From Thiocystis violascens DSM 198 (GTDB taxonomy: Bacteria > Pseudomonadota > Gammaproteobacteria > Chromatiales > Chromatiaceae), in the NCBI RefSeq assembly GCF_000227745.2, contig NC_018012.1:1179478-1211477 (forward strand): a stretch of DNA of 32,000 nt. The letters are read 5' to 3'. Below are positions 7,959-16,578 of this stretch, piece by piece (positions within the stretch are counted from its first letter, which is position 1; every line of letters starts with the position of its first letter). The position numbers and the translations under genes are program-made. Below the pieces are notes generated by a model. It worked only from the letters and a program-made list of their open reading frames with translations. It was not told the DNA's origin and made no database searches.

Positions 7959-10900
7959 ATGCAAACCTTTGATCCGCTCGCCTCAAGCGCCCTGTCCTGG
8001 GCGCCATTCATCGCAACGGAGATTCTCCCCATGCACCACGAGCCAAGAATCCTGGAGCGATTGCAAGCGCTGCCTCATCTGTACGGGCGCGATCGGGAAT
8101 TAGCCAGTCTGTCGAGGGCGCTTGAACGGCTCACGGATGAGGGTCTGCGGGCGCTCTTCGTGGCCGGCTACTCGGGCGTAGGCAAGACCGCGCTGGTCAA
8201 CGATCTCCAGCGCCATCTGTCCCGAAGGCAGAGCCTGTTCATCCGCGGCAAGTTCGAGCAGTTCCAGCGCTATTGGCCGTTTCTGGCCCCGGCCCAGGCG
8301 CTGCGTCAGTTGTGTCAATGGCTGCTGGCGGAACCCGAGGCGGAACGCGCCCGGTGGCGTGATCGCCTCCTGGAGGGGCTCGGCCCGGATGCTGGCGCGC
8401 TTTTCGAGATACTGCCAGAACTGGCCGCGCTGATTGGCCCTCAACCCCCCGCGCCGAAACTTGGCTCGCTGGAGACGCAGATCCGTCTGCGCGCACTGCT
8501 GGTCACCCTGGTCCGCCAGATTGCCACGCCGACCCATCCACTGGTGCTGTTTCTCGACGACCTGCAATGGGCCGATCAGCCCTCGCTGGATCTCATCGGT
8601 GCCTTGCTGCAGGACAGCGCCATCAACGGCTTTCTGCTGCTCGGCGCCTATCGCGACAACGCGGTGGATACCGACCATCCGCTGTCCCGTCTGCTCCGCC
8701 AGCCGACTGCCGCTGGCGAACCGCCGCCGGTGCTGACCCTGACCGACCTGACGCCGGACGATCTGGCACTCCTGCTCGCCGATCTCTTGGACATGCAACC
8801 GGACGCCGTGCGCCCACTGGCGGCCGCGCTTCATGCCAAGACCGGCGGCAACCCATTTTTCACGCTCGAATTCATCCAGGCGCTCTCTCGGGATGGGGCG
8901 CTGCGCCCCGCCCCGGAGCCGGGCGCCTGGCACTGGGATACGGCGTCCATCGCCAGCCGTCCGGCCAGCGCCAACGTGGCGGACTTCCTCGCCGCGGGAC
9001 TGACTGAATTAGAGGACGCAACCGCCGAGACGCTCGTCGCCGTCGCCTGCCTGGGCAATGCCTGCACCCTGGACCGGCTGGCGCTGGCCACTGGCACCGC
9101 GCCCGACGCGCTCGCCGGGCAACTCCGACCCGCGCTCGAACGCGGCATTCTCATCGCGCCCGACGCGAACGTTTCGCTGCGCTTCTGCCACGACCGGATG
9201 CAGCAGGCGGTCCACCAACTCCGCGACGACGCCTGGCGTGATCGACTCCATCTGGCCATGGCCCGACGTTTCGCCCAGGCCGGGGACGCTCCGGCGCATC
9301 GCTTCAGCGCCGCCGAACACTACGCGGTCGCGGCGGATCTGATCGTCGAGACCGCCGAGCGAAGCCGCGTCCGCGCGTTGTTTCTGAGCGCGGCCCAGCA
9401 GGTCCGTCAATCCGGTTCCTTTGCCGCCGCCGAACGCTTTCTGCGCCTGGGGATCGACCTGTTGTCCCCGGATGCCTGGCAAAGCGATCCCGACGCGACC
9501 TTTGCCCTGCATGCCGAACTGCATCTGGTGCTGTACAGCCTGGCCCGCCACGCCGAGGCTGACGAGACCTATCGGATTCTTGCGGATCATGCGTCTTCGC
9601 CCCTGCAACTGGTGGATCCGGCCTGCGTGCAGATGACGCATCTGTCCAACCGCGTCCTCTACTGGGAAGCCATCGAGTTGGGGCTAGCGCTTTTGGCTCG
9701 GCTTGGCATCGCGGTTCCGCTGGCCGATCTCGATCAGAGCCTTCAGGAACTACGCAGTTCATTTCCAGATATCTTCCTCGCGCACAAAGGAATGATTGCG
9801 TCTCTCCGAACCGACAGCGCCATCGAACGTCAACTAGAGGCTTTTTATCGTCATGTCACGGCGGGCGCGCTTGAACAACTGCCAAAGCGTCACGATCAAA
9901 TCGACGAACGCCTGGCGGGCAGCGCCAAAGTCATTAACGCCATGATACCGGCGGCCAACTCCGCTCATCCGATGCTCGCACCCTGGCTGGTTCTGAGGGC
10001 GGGGCGGCTGTGGATCGAAAACGGCTATTGCGCCGCCACCCTCTTTCCGCTGGCCTGCATTGGCGTCACGGTCATTGGGCTACGCAGCGACTTCGCGACC
10101 GCTCAACGTCTCGTACAGGTCGCGCTGGCGGTGGGGACGACACTGGAAAACAGCCGCGAAACCGCCCGCGCCTGTTTCATCTACGCCAATTATATTGGCC
10201 ATTGGCTGCATCCCATTGAAGAGGATGTCGCTCATGCACGGCGTGCTTTTGGAGAACTCTTGCGCGCGGGCGACCTAGGAGTCGCCTCTTACACCTTCTA
10301 CGCTTCGCAGGCGGCCCTGCTGGACACTGGCGCTCATCTCGCAGAGATCCAGGCGGAGAACGCGGCGGCGTTGATGTTTGCTTCCAAGCTCGGACACTTG
10401 CATACAGAACAGTCCTACCTACCTTATCGACAACTGATCCGCGCACTGGAGGGCAAGACTGCGGGGCACGGTCGCTTCGAGGATGCGGATTTCGACGAGC
10501 AGGCGCATCAGGTGGCGGCACGGAGCAATCCAATGGCCCTGAGTTACTTCCACCTCTACCGCGCGCTGGCGGCCTGCCTCTTTCGCGATGAACAGGCGCT
10601 TGTCCATCATGCCGAGTCGGTCGTTGGACTGTGCATGCCGATCCACTGTCATTACGCGACAGCCCTCGTCAACCTGCTGCACTCGCTGGCGCTCATCCAA
10701 CAGGTCCGAAGCACTGCCGAAACCGAACATCCCGCCCTGCTGGAACGCATCGACCTCAATCAGCGCTGGCTCAAGGCACGCGCCGCGGACGCGCCCATGA
10801 ACTTCGACCATCTCCACGCCCTGGTGGACGCGGAACGGCTGGATGCGCTCGACCAACCCCAGGCGGCGCTCCAGGCATTCGAGCAGGCCATGCGCAAGGT

Positions 10901-11111
10901 ATCCGAAGTTCGGCGCCCCTGGCACCGGGCGCTGATCGTCGAACGGGCCGGAGACTGCTTTCGGCGACGCGGAATGGAAGACACTGGCCGCCTCCATCTG
11001 ACGCAGGCGCACGCGCTCTATACGCAGTGGGGCGCCCACGGCAAGGCGCGCGCGATGCGGGAGCGCCTGCCCTTCCTGGACGCCAGCGCGCTGGATGGCT
11101 CAAACGCCTGA
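7959..11111 (+). CDS. AAA_16 / COG3899-type P-loop ATPase with a long helical-repeat C-terminal region; no kinase or output domain
   Basis: LYGRDRELASL, then Walker A GYSGVGKTALV and Walker B-like LVLFLDDLQWAD, then LLLGAYRD. This matches the ATPase module found in large kinase-ATPase-GAF proteins. The ~700-aa C-terminal part is helix/TPR-like. The ATG at 8031 (MHHEP, GGAG upstream) is an alternative start. Confidence 0.8.
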   Translation: MQTFDPLASSALSWAPFIATEILPMHHEPRILERLQALPHLYGRDRELASLSRALERLTDEGLRALFVAGYSGVGKTALVNDLQRHLSRRQSLFIRGKFEQFQRYWPFLAPAQALRQLCQWLLAEPEAERARWRDRLLEGLGPDAGALFEILPELAALIGPQPPAPKLGSLETQIRLRALLVTLVRQIATPTHPLVLFLDDLQWADQPSLDLIGALLQDSAINGFLLLGAYRDNAVDTDHPLSRLLRQPTAAGEPPPVLTLTDLTPDDLALLLADLLDMQPDAVRPLAAALHAKTGGNPFFTLEFIQALSRDGALRPAPEPGAWHWDTASIASRPASANVADFLAAGLTELEDATAETLVAVACLGNACTLDRLALATGTAPDALAGQLRPALERGILIAPDANVSLRFCHDRMQQAVHQLRDDAWRDRLHLAMARRFAQAGDAPAHRFSAAEHYAVAADLIVETAERSRVRALFLSAAQQVRQSGSFAAAERFLRLGIDLLSPDAWQSDPDATFALHAELHLVLYSLARHAEADETYRILADHASSPLQLVDPACVQMTHLSNRVLYWEAIELGLALLARLGIAVPLADLDQSLQELRSSFPDIFLAHKGMIASLRTDSAIERQLEAFYRHVTAGALEQLPKRHDQIDERLAGSAKVINAMIPAANSAHPMLAPWLVLRAGRLWIENGYCAATLFPLACIGVTVIGLRSDFATAQRLVQVALAVGTTLENSRETARACFIYANYIGHWLHPIEEDVAHARRAFGELLRAGDLGVASYTFYASQAALLDTGAHLAEIQAENAAALMFASKLGHLHTEQSYLPYRQLIRALEGKTAGHGRFEDADFDEQAHQVAARSNPMALSYFHLYRALAACLFRDEQALVHHAESVVGLCMPIHCHYATALVNLLHSLALIQQVRSTAETEHPALLERIDLNQRWLKARAADAPMNFDHLHALVDAERLDALDQPQAALQAFEQAMRKVSEVRRPWHRALIVERAGDCFRRRGMEDTGRLHLTQAHALYTQWGAHGKARAMRERLPFLDASALDGSNA

Positions 11112-11150
11112 AGGTGGCGCGCAACGTCGCGACCAGCCATTCCATCTTCA

Positions 11151-11252
11151 CGTAGGAGCCCGCTTGCGGGCGACTTGCGGGCCTGCGGGTTTGCCGGGTG
11201 GCAGACTCAAAGGCTATTGGCAGGTCATGTCGCCCGCAAGCGGGCTCCTACG
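11151..11252. repeat. REP-like doublet: two 24-bp units in inverted orientation (CGTAGGAGCCCGCTTGCGGGCGAC / GTCGCCCGCAAGCGGGCTCCTACG), 54-bp spacer
   Basis: The arms at 11151-11174 and 11229-11252 are perfect reverse complements. Each arm carries its own GCCCGC-TT-GCGGGC palindrome. Confidence 0.85.
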
Positions 11253-11300
11253 ATGGCGGATGGCGCCAAAATGAGAACGACTGAGGGACGACGAACCGAC

Positions 11301-11329
11301 TGGACAAAATTCCGTAAAATCCGCACAAT
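11301..11329 (+). promoter_or_regulatory. possible sigma70-type promoter for aroQ-accBC (TGGACA, 17 nt, CACAAT)
   Basis: Hexamers read by eye in the least GC-rich part of the 296-bp gap upstream of aroQ. The -10 element is weak. Confidence 0.15.
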
Positions 11330-11407
11330 TCGCGGCGATTTGTCGCCGTTCGCATCGAACTGGCCGCTACCCCCTAAACCGAAACCCTCTGAAAGGCAGC
11401 ACGCGCG

Positions 11408-11869
11408 ATGGCCGCGATTCTGGTCCTGAATGGACCGAACCTCAATCTGCTCGGCACCCGCGAGCCCGGACACTATGGCCGGACGACCCTGGTCGATATC
11501 CAGCGCGCGCTGGAAACCGCGGCCCAGGCCGAGGGCTATCGCCTCGACTTCATTCAGAGCAACGCGGAACACATCCTGATCGAGGCCATTCATCGCGCAC
11601 CGCAAGACGACGTGCGATTCATCCTCTTCAATCCGGCCGCCTTCACCCATACCAGCGTCGCGCTTCGCGATGCCCTGCTTGCCGTCGCGATCCCTTTTAT
11701 CGAGGTGCACCTGTCGAACGTGCACGCCCGCGAGCCATTCCGCGCCCACTCCTATTTCTCGGACATCGCGGTGGGCGTGATCAGCGGACTCGGGGCCGAG
11801 GGATACGCACTGGCGTTACGCGCCGCGCTCACGCGCCTGGCGCAGCAACCCACGAACGAGAAACCATGA
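11408..11869 (+). CDS. aroQ: type II 3-dehydroquinate dehydratase
   Basis: [21 protein letters not shown] ... [16 protein letters not shown] ... [15 protein letters not shown] are AroQ signatures. ATGA overlap with accB. Confidence 0.95.
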   Translation: MAAILVLNGPNLNLLGTREPGHYGRTTLVDIQRALETAAQAEGYRLDFIQSNAEHILIEAIHRAPQDDVRFILFNPAAFTHTSVALRDALLAVAIPFIEVHLSNVHAREPFRAHSYFSDIAVGVISGLGAEGYALALRAALTRLAQQPTNEKP

Positions 11870-12327
11870 CCATGGATATCCGCAAGGTAAAGAAATTGAT
11901 CGAGCTGCTGGAGCAATCCGACGTGGCCGAAATCGAGATCCACGAGGGCGAGGAATCGGTGCGCATCAGCCGTCATGGCACGGCACCGATGCCCTATTAC
12001 ATGCCCCAACCGATGCCAGGGCAGTTCAGCGCCCCGGTGGCGCCCGTGGCGCTGACCGTCGCGACCGACGACGACCCCTTGGCCGGACTCGATGGCGAGA
12101 TCGTCCGCTCGCCCATGGTCGGCACCTTCTATCGGGCGCCCTCGCCCGGCGCCAAGTCCTTTGTGGAGGAGGGCCAGACGGTCCAGGCCGGCGAGACGCT
12201 GTGCATCATCGAGGCGATGAAAATCCTCAACCAGATCGAATGCGAGCAGGCCGGAACGGTGCGGCGCATCCTGGTCGACAACGGTCAGCCGGTCGAATAC
12301 AACCAACCGCTATTCGTGATCGAATGA
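11866..12327 (+). CDS. accB: acetyl-CoA carboxylase biotin carboxyl carrier protein
   Basis: Biotinylation motif [13 protein letters not shown]. Pro/Ala-rich linker. Position upstream of accC. Confidence 0.95.
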   Translation: MTMDIRKVKKLIELLEQSDVAEIEIHEGEESVRISRHGTAPMPYYMPQPMPGQFSAPVAPVALTVATDDDPLAGLDGEIVRSPMVGTFYRAPSPGAKSFVEEGQTVQAGETLCIIEAMKILNQIECEQAGTVRRILVDNGQPVEYNQPLFVIE

Positions 12328-12332
12328 CGATG

Positions 12333-12421
12333 AAACCCTGTCCAGCATGGCGCGCCTCCTGTTCCGAACGGCTCGGCCGCGACTGAACCGGCAGGCGTCG
12401 CCAATGGTCTGGACAGGGTTT
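12333..12421. repeat. 13-bp inverted repeat (AAACCCTGTCCAG / CTGGACAGGGTTT) spanning the accB-accC spacer
   Basis: Perfect complementary arms at 12333-12345 and 12409-12421, 63-nt spacer. Confidence 0.6.
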
Positions 12422-12498
12422 GAATCACCCGTCAGCGCGCGGCCGGTCCGGCGCTTCCGTGGCCCAACCTGCCGCCCCCTACTGAAGACATCCCCATC

Positions 12499-13848
12499 AT
12501 GGCAATGATCGAAAAGGTACTGATCGCGAATCGCGGCGAGATCGCGCTCCGCATCCTGCGCGCCTGCCGCGAACTCGGCATCAAGACGGTTGCTGTCCAC
12601 TCCGAGGCCGACCGCGATCTGAAACACGTTCTGCTGGCCGACGAGTCCGTCTGCATCGGCCCGGCCGCCTCGCTCCAGAGTTATCTCAACGTGCCGGCGA
12701 TCATCAGCGCGGCCGAGGTCACGGATACCGTCGCCATTCATCCCGGCTATGGCTTCCTGTCCGAGAACGCCGATTTCGCCGAGCGGGTCGAGCGTTCGGG
12801 TTTCATCTTCATCGGCCCGCGCCCCGAAACCATCCGTCTGATGGGCGATAAGGTCTCGGCCATCGCGGCCATGAAGACCGCCGGCGTGCCCTGCGTGCCG
12901 GGTTCCGACGGACCGATCGACGACAACAACAAAAAGCGCACCCTGGAGATCGCCCGCGAGATCGGCTATCCGATCATCATCAAGGCGTCCGGCGGCGGCG
13001 GCGGGCGCGGCATGCGGGTGGTGCACTCCGAGGCCACCCTGCTGAACGCCATTTCGCTGACCAAGGCGGAGGCCGCCGCGACCTTCAACAACGACATGGT
13101 CTACATCGAAAAATATCTGGAGAACCCGCGTCATGTCGAGTTCCAGATCCTCGCCGACCAGATGGGTAACGCCATCCATCTGGGCGAGCGCGACTGTTCC
13201 ATGCAGCGTCGTCATCAAAAAGTCGTCGAGGAAGCCCCCGCGCCTGGCATCACCGAGGCGCAGCGGCGCGAGATCGGCGAACGTTGCGCCGCCGCCTGCC
13301 GCACCATCGGCTATCGCGGCGCCGGCACCTTCGAGTTCCTCTACGAGAACGGCCAGTTTTATTTCATCGAGATGAACACCCGGGTCCAGGTCGAGCACCC
13401 CGTCACCGAGATGGTCACCGGCGTGGATATCGTCAAGGAACAGATCCTGATCGCCGCCGGCGAGCCGCTGCGTTATGCCCAGAAGGACATCGTCATGCGC
13501 GGACACGCCATCGAGTGCCGGATCAACGCCGAGGACTCGGAGACCTTCATGCCGAGCCCCGGCAAGATTACCGAATTCCACGCGCCTGGCGGTCCTGGCG
13601 TGCGGCTGGAGACCCATCTCTACACCGGCTACACGGTCCCGCGGTATTACGACTCCATGATCGGCAAACTGATCACTCATGGCGAGGATCGCGAATCGGC
13701 CATCGCGCGCATGTGCAACGCCCTGCGCGAGACCGTCATCGACGGCATCAACACCAACATCAAGCTCCAGCGCGCCATCCTGCGCGACGGCGCCTTCCTC
13801 GCCGGCGGCGCCAACATCCACTACCTTGAGAAAAAGCTCGGGATGTAA
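12499..13848 (+). CDS. accC: acetyl-CoA carboxylase biotin carboxylase subunit
   Basis: Full-length ATP-grasp biotin carboxylase ([18 protein letters not shown].., [30 protein letters not shown]). Confidence 0.97.
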   Translation: MAMIEKVLIANRGEIALRILRACRELGIKTVAVHSEADRDLKHVLLADESVCIGPAASLQSYLNVPAIISAAEVTDTVAIHPGYGFLSENADFAERVERSGFIFIGPRPETIRLMGDKVSAIAAMKTAGVPCVPGSDGPIDDNNKKRTLEIAREIGYPIIIKASGGGGGRGMRVVHSEATLLNAISLTKAEAAATFNNDMVYIEKYLENPRHVEFQILADQMGNAIHLGERDCSMQRRHQKVVEEAPAPGITEAQRREIGERCAAACRTIGYRGAGTFEFLYENGQFYFIEMNTRVQVEHPVTEMVTGVDIVKEQILIAAGEPLRYAQKDIVMRGHAIECRINAEDSETFMPSPGKITEFHAPGGPGVRLETHLYTGYTVPRYYDSMIGKLITHGEDRESAIARMCNALRETVIDGINTNIKLQRAILRDGAFLAGGANIHYLEKKLGM

Positions 13849-15042
13849 GAGGGTGTAGACAAAATCAAACCGTTGTGGTCAACCGCCGCAGCAGGATGCG
13901 CGCCTCCGCCAGCCAAACCCAGGTTTCGGAGACCGCTGGCAGACGGTCATGATGCATGATCAATCGACGGGCACGCTCATTCCACGCATGGGTGCGCTCG
14001 ACAACCCAGCGCTTCGGCAGCGGAACGAAGCCGTCGGCGTTGGCGATCACCACTCGGTCAGGCGCCCCGTCCACGTGCCAGGAGCCAACGCTTTTGTTGG
14101 CTGGATGGCGCACGACTTCCACGCGGATCGCGTGGGTCTGCTCGGTGGTTTGGGCAAATTGACCGGCGTAGGCGCTATCGACAAACAGCGTGTTGATCTG
14201 GGGGTACTTGGCGGCCGCGTCAGCGACGGCGCCCGAGGCGGCATCGCGGTCCTGAAGATTGGCCGCGACCACGCTCACCGCCAACACGAACCCCAAGGTA
14301 TCGACCACCAGGCTGCGCTTGCGCCCCTTGACCTGCTTGCCCGCATCAAAGCCGCTCGGTCCACCCTGCGGCGAGCCGCGGGTCGATTGCGCATCCAGCA
14401 CCGCCGCCGTCGGCGCGATCTCACGCCCCTCGCGTTCGCGCCATTGCCCCCGCAGTCGATCATGCATCTGCTCAAACTTCCCAGCCGCACTCCAACGGCG
14501 AAACGTCTTGTAGACATTCTGCCAAGGCGCGAAATCGTGCGGCAGCATCCGCCACGCGCACCCCGTGCGCACCACGTAGCAACACGCCTCCAGGATGCTC
14601 CGGCGCGACACGCGGGGCGGTTGACCCCGCCCGCCCGGCATCTCAAAGAGAGCGGCGACCAAGTCCCACTCCGCATCGGTCAGACAACTTGGGTAGCTTT
14701 GGTCGGGGTCGTGGCGACGATGCGCATCCGTATACCCATACCGACGCGGCGTTGCGCGCGCTTGCGCCTCGAGACCACTCTCGCCCCGGAGGCGCGTGAC
14801 GCCCGCCTCCCGCAAGGACTTGCGAATCGTTGCTTCATGAGCCTCGATTCCCGTCCGTGCCGCGAGTTCCCGGGCAATCTCTGACAGCGTGGAGGTCGGG
14901 CGATCCGTGACAATTTGACGCAATACCGCTTGCTCCGCCTCGTGAATCTTGGGGGGACGACCAGCTTTCGACATCAGCGCACACCAGCTCAGTTGTAGAC
15001 TGGTATACAAATAGCAGCTCAATTATTTTTGTCTACACCCTC
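13849..15042 (-). mobile_element. IS5-family insertion sequence, copy 1 (1,194 bp, intact)
   Basis: Perfect 16-bp terminal inverted repeats GAGGGTGTAGACAAAA (13849-13864) and TTTTGTCTACACCCTC (15027-15042). Flanked by TAA direct repeats (13846-13848, which is the accC stop codon, and 15043-15045). Contains one transposase ORF. Confidence 0.9.
13865..14974 (-). CDS. IS5-family DDE transposase (HTH + DUF4096-like + DDE_Tnp_1-like)
   Basis: From the ATG at 14974: MSKAGRPPK.. HTH region. Then LTDAEWDLVAALF...CAWRMLPHDFAPWQNVYKTFRRW (typical IS5/IS4 N-terminal domain). Then DAQSTRG, LFVDSAYAG, VERTHAWNERARRL. The track start at 15022 is TTG. Confidence 0.9.
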   Translation of the reverse strand: MSKAGRPPKIHEAEQAVLRQIVTDRPTSTLSEIARELAARTGIEAHEATIRKSLREAGVTRLRGESGLEAQARATPRRYGYTDAHRRHDPDQSYPSCLTDAEWDLVAALFEMPGGRGQPPRVSRRSILEACCYVVRTGCAWRMLPHDFAPWQNVYKTFRRWSAAGKFEQMHDRLRGQWREREGREIAPTAAVLDAQSTRGSPQGGPSGFDAGKQVKGRKRSLVVDTLGFVLAVSVVAANLQDRDAASGAVADAAAKYPQINTLFVDSAYAGQFAQTTEQTHAIRVEVVRHPANKSVGSWHVDGAPDRVVIANADGFVPLPKRWVVERTHAWNERARRLIMHHDRLPAVSETWVWLAEARILLRRLTTTV

Positions 15043-15045
15043 TAA

Positions 15046-15220
15046 GGTGATTTAAGGGAAAGACTTTACCGATTTTCCGTTCGTCCTGAGCTTGTCGAAG
15101 GATGACCGGAAAATCGCGCTCCGAGGCCGACATTGCATCCGTTCATGGTTCGACAAGCTCACCACGAACGGATGCAATATCACCACGAAAGTGGGTATGA
15201 GCTTCTACGATCATCAGCTT
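15046..15220 (+). repeat. MITE-like two-hairpin repeat, copy A
   Basis: End sequence GGTGATTTAAGGGAAAGAC. Hairpin 1 at 15070-15116 (CGATTTTCCGTTCGTCC..GGATGACCGGAAAATCG). Hairpin 2 at 15132-15178 (ATTGCATCCGTTCATGG..CCACGAACGGATGCAAT). Flanked by TAA (15043-45) and TAA (15221-23). Homologous to copies at 19810-20004 and 27458-27645. Confidence 0.85.
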
Positions 15221-15241
15221 TAAGGATTCGATGCCACCCCC

Positions 15242-16132
15242 ATGCCCTGGCTGCAACTCTCCTTCAACCTCCCGCGCGAACAGTCGGAGACCTTTTCGCT
15301 CAACCTGGAAATGGCCGGCGCGCTCTCCATCACCCTCGGCGACGCCGGCGACGAGCCCCAACTCGAACCCGGCCCAGGCGAAACCCCGCTGTGGTCCGAG
15401 ATCACGCTCACCGCACTGTTCGAGAGCGACCCGGAGACGCAATCCCTGGTCGAACGGCTCGCCCGCAACCTGACCGTCCAGTTAGGCAACGTCCCCCGCA
15501 TCGAGCGCATCGAGGACCGGGTCTGGGAACGGGTCTGGATGGACACCTTCAAACCAACCCGTTTCGGTCGCCGGCTCTGGATCTGTCCGCACGGCCAACT
15601 GCCGGACGATCCGAACGCCGTCGTCGTGTCGCTCGATCCGGGACTGGCCTTCGGCACCGGACATCACGCAACCACGGCACTCTGTCTGGAGTGGCTCGAC
15701 GGCGCGTCGCTCGCCGGCAAGACCGTCCTCGATTTTGGCTGCGGCTCAGGCATCCTCGCCATCGCCGCGCTGAAGCTCGGCGCCGCGCGCGCTATTGCCG
15801 TGGACCACGATCCGCAGGCACTGGAGGCCACCCGCGCCAACGCGCTCGCCAACGGCGTCGCCGACCGGCTCGACATTCATCCACCGGAGGATCTCCCCGA
15901 TCTCAACGTCGATTGCGTGCTGGCCAATATCCTCGCCGCCCCCCTGATCGCGCTGGCCCCGCGCCTGATCGAGCTGCTGCGGCCCCAGGGCGATCTGGTG
16001 CTCTCGGGCGTCCTCGCCGAGCAGGTGGACAGCGTCCGCGCCGCCTATGCGGATTCCATCGAACTTTCTCCAACCCGCCTCCGCGAGGATTGGGCACTGA
16101 TCGGCGGGACTCGGAAACCTCAACGTCTGTAG
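15242..16132 (+). CDS. prmA: ribosomal protein L11 methyltransferase
   Basis: MPWLQLSF.. N-terminus, FGTGHHATTALCLEWL, VLDFGCGSGILAIAA and LVLSGVL are PrmA signatures. Synteny after accC. Confidence 0.95.
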   Translation: MPWLQLSFNLPREQSETFSLNLEMAGALSITLGDAGDEPQLEPGPGETPLWSEITLTALFESDPETQSLVERLARNLTVQLGNVPRIERIEDRVWERVWMDTFKPTRFGRRLWICPHGQLPDDPNAVVVSLDPGLAFGTGHHATTALCLEWLDGASLAGKTVLDFGCGSGILAIAALKLGAARAIAVDHDPQALEATRANALANGVADRLDIHPPEDLPDLNVDCVLANILAAPLIALAPRLIELLRPQGDLVLSGVLAEQVDSVRAAYADSIELSPTRLREDWALIGGTRKPQRL

Positions 16133-16216
16133 GGGCGAATTCATTCGCCGCGTGGGTTGCGCGGATGCAGGGATTCAAGGATTCAGGGATTCAGGGGCGA
16201 ATGAATTCGCCCCTAC
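16129..16216. repeat. REP-like doublet (GTAGGGGCGAATTCATTCGCC / GGCGAATGAATTCGCCCCTAC), copy 1
   Basis: Perfect 21-bp inverted arms at 16129-16149 and 16196-16216. The left arm overlaps the prmA TAG stop. The spacer holds three tandem GGATTCA(A/G)G units. The same doublet recurs at 24286-24367. Confidence 0.9.
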
Positions 16217-16250
16217 GGCGATGTCGCGCAACCGCAAGTTGAAGGGGGCG

Positions 16251-16292
16251 GGACGAACGGAAAATCGGCAAAATTCTTTACGAAAGTCACCC
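16251..16292 (-). repeat. truncated terminal fragment of the MITE-like element (copy B1)
   Basis: GGACGAACGGAAAATCGGCAAAATTCTTTACGAAAGTCACC aligns with the right end of copy E (CAGGACGAACGGAAAATCGGTAAAGTCTTTCCCGTAAATCACC). Confidence 0.6.
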
Positions 16293-16368
16293 TATCGGGG
16301 AAAATCGCAGCCATTCTCAGTATGACCTGATGAAGCGAAAAACCCAGACGAATCAGGCGAGCAGTGAA

Positions 16369-16472
16369 GGGTTTCCCGTTCGTCCTGAGCTTGTCGAAGG
16401 ATGAACGGGAAACCCTAAGCCTCTGAGCGTGAAGCCGTTCATGGTTCGACAAGCTCACCACGAACGGCTTCA
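16369..16472 (+). repeat. two-hairpin core of the repeat family without MITE termini (copy B2)
   Basis: Hairpin 1 at 16369-16415 (GGGTTTCCCGTTCGTCC..GGATGAACGGGAAACCC). Hairpin 2 at 16430-16472 (TGAAGCCGTTCATGG..CCACGAACGGCTTCA). Confidence 0.8.
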
Positions 16473-16578
16473 GGCGGCCTTGGCCCTGCTTTCCGGGCAG
16501 AGAAGGCGAAACGGTCAGGCTCAAACTGAGAATTGCTGGGGAAATCGGGAATTGGCTGTAAGGGAGAAGGAGCGAGCG

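Noticed and set aside
11175-11749. Small ORFs 11175..11429(+) and 11225..11749(-) in and around the gap upstream of aroQ
   Set aside because: The first runs through the REP doublet. The second is antisense to aroQ. Neither has supporting features.
12310-13821. 503-aa ORF on the - strand, opposite accC
   Set aside because: accC on the + strand is unambiguous. The antisense product has no motifs and an Ala/Gly/Asp/Arg-biased composition.
13846-13849. A 4-bp target duplication (TAAG at copy 1, TTAG at copy 2) instead of 3 bp for the IS5-family element
   Set aside because: The 4-bp model gives different element boundaries for the two copies when both are viewed in transposase orientation. The 3-bp model gives identical boundaries (GAGGGTG...CACCCTC), symmetric 16-bp ends and the same TTA duplication for both.
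15133-16242. 369-aa + strand ORF overlapping prmA in another frame
   Set aside because: It starts inside MITE copy A (MHPFMVRQAHHER..) and is Arg/Pro-rich nonsense. The prmA frame has clear methyltransferase motifs.
16429-16578. N-terminal extension of mod (MKPFMVRQAHHERLQ..). Similar extensions affect purH (27543-27677) and the ORF at 26953..27543(-).
   Set aside because: The extensions are translations of the hairpin repeat copies, and the same peptide words recur wherever the repeat occurs. Internal ATGs with good Shine-Dalgarno sequences, or with canonical protein N-termini, lie just downstream.
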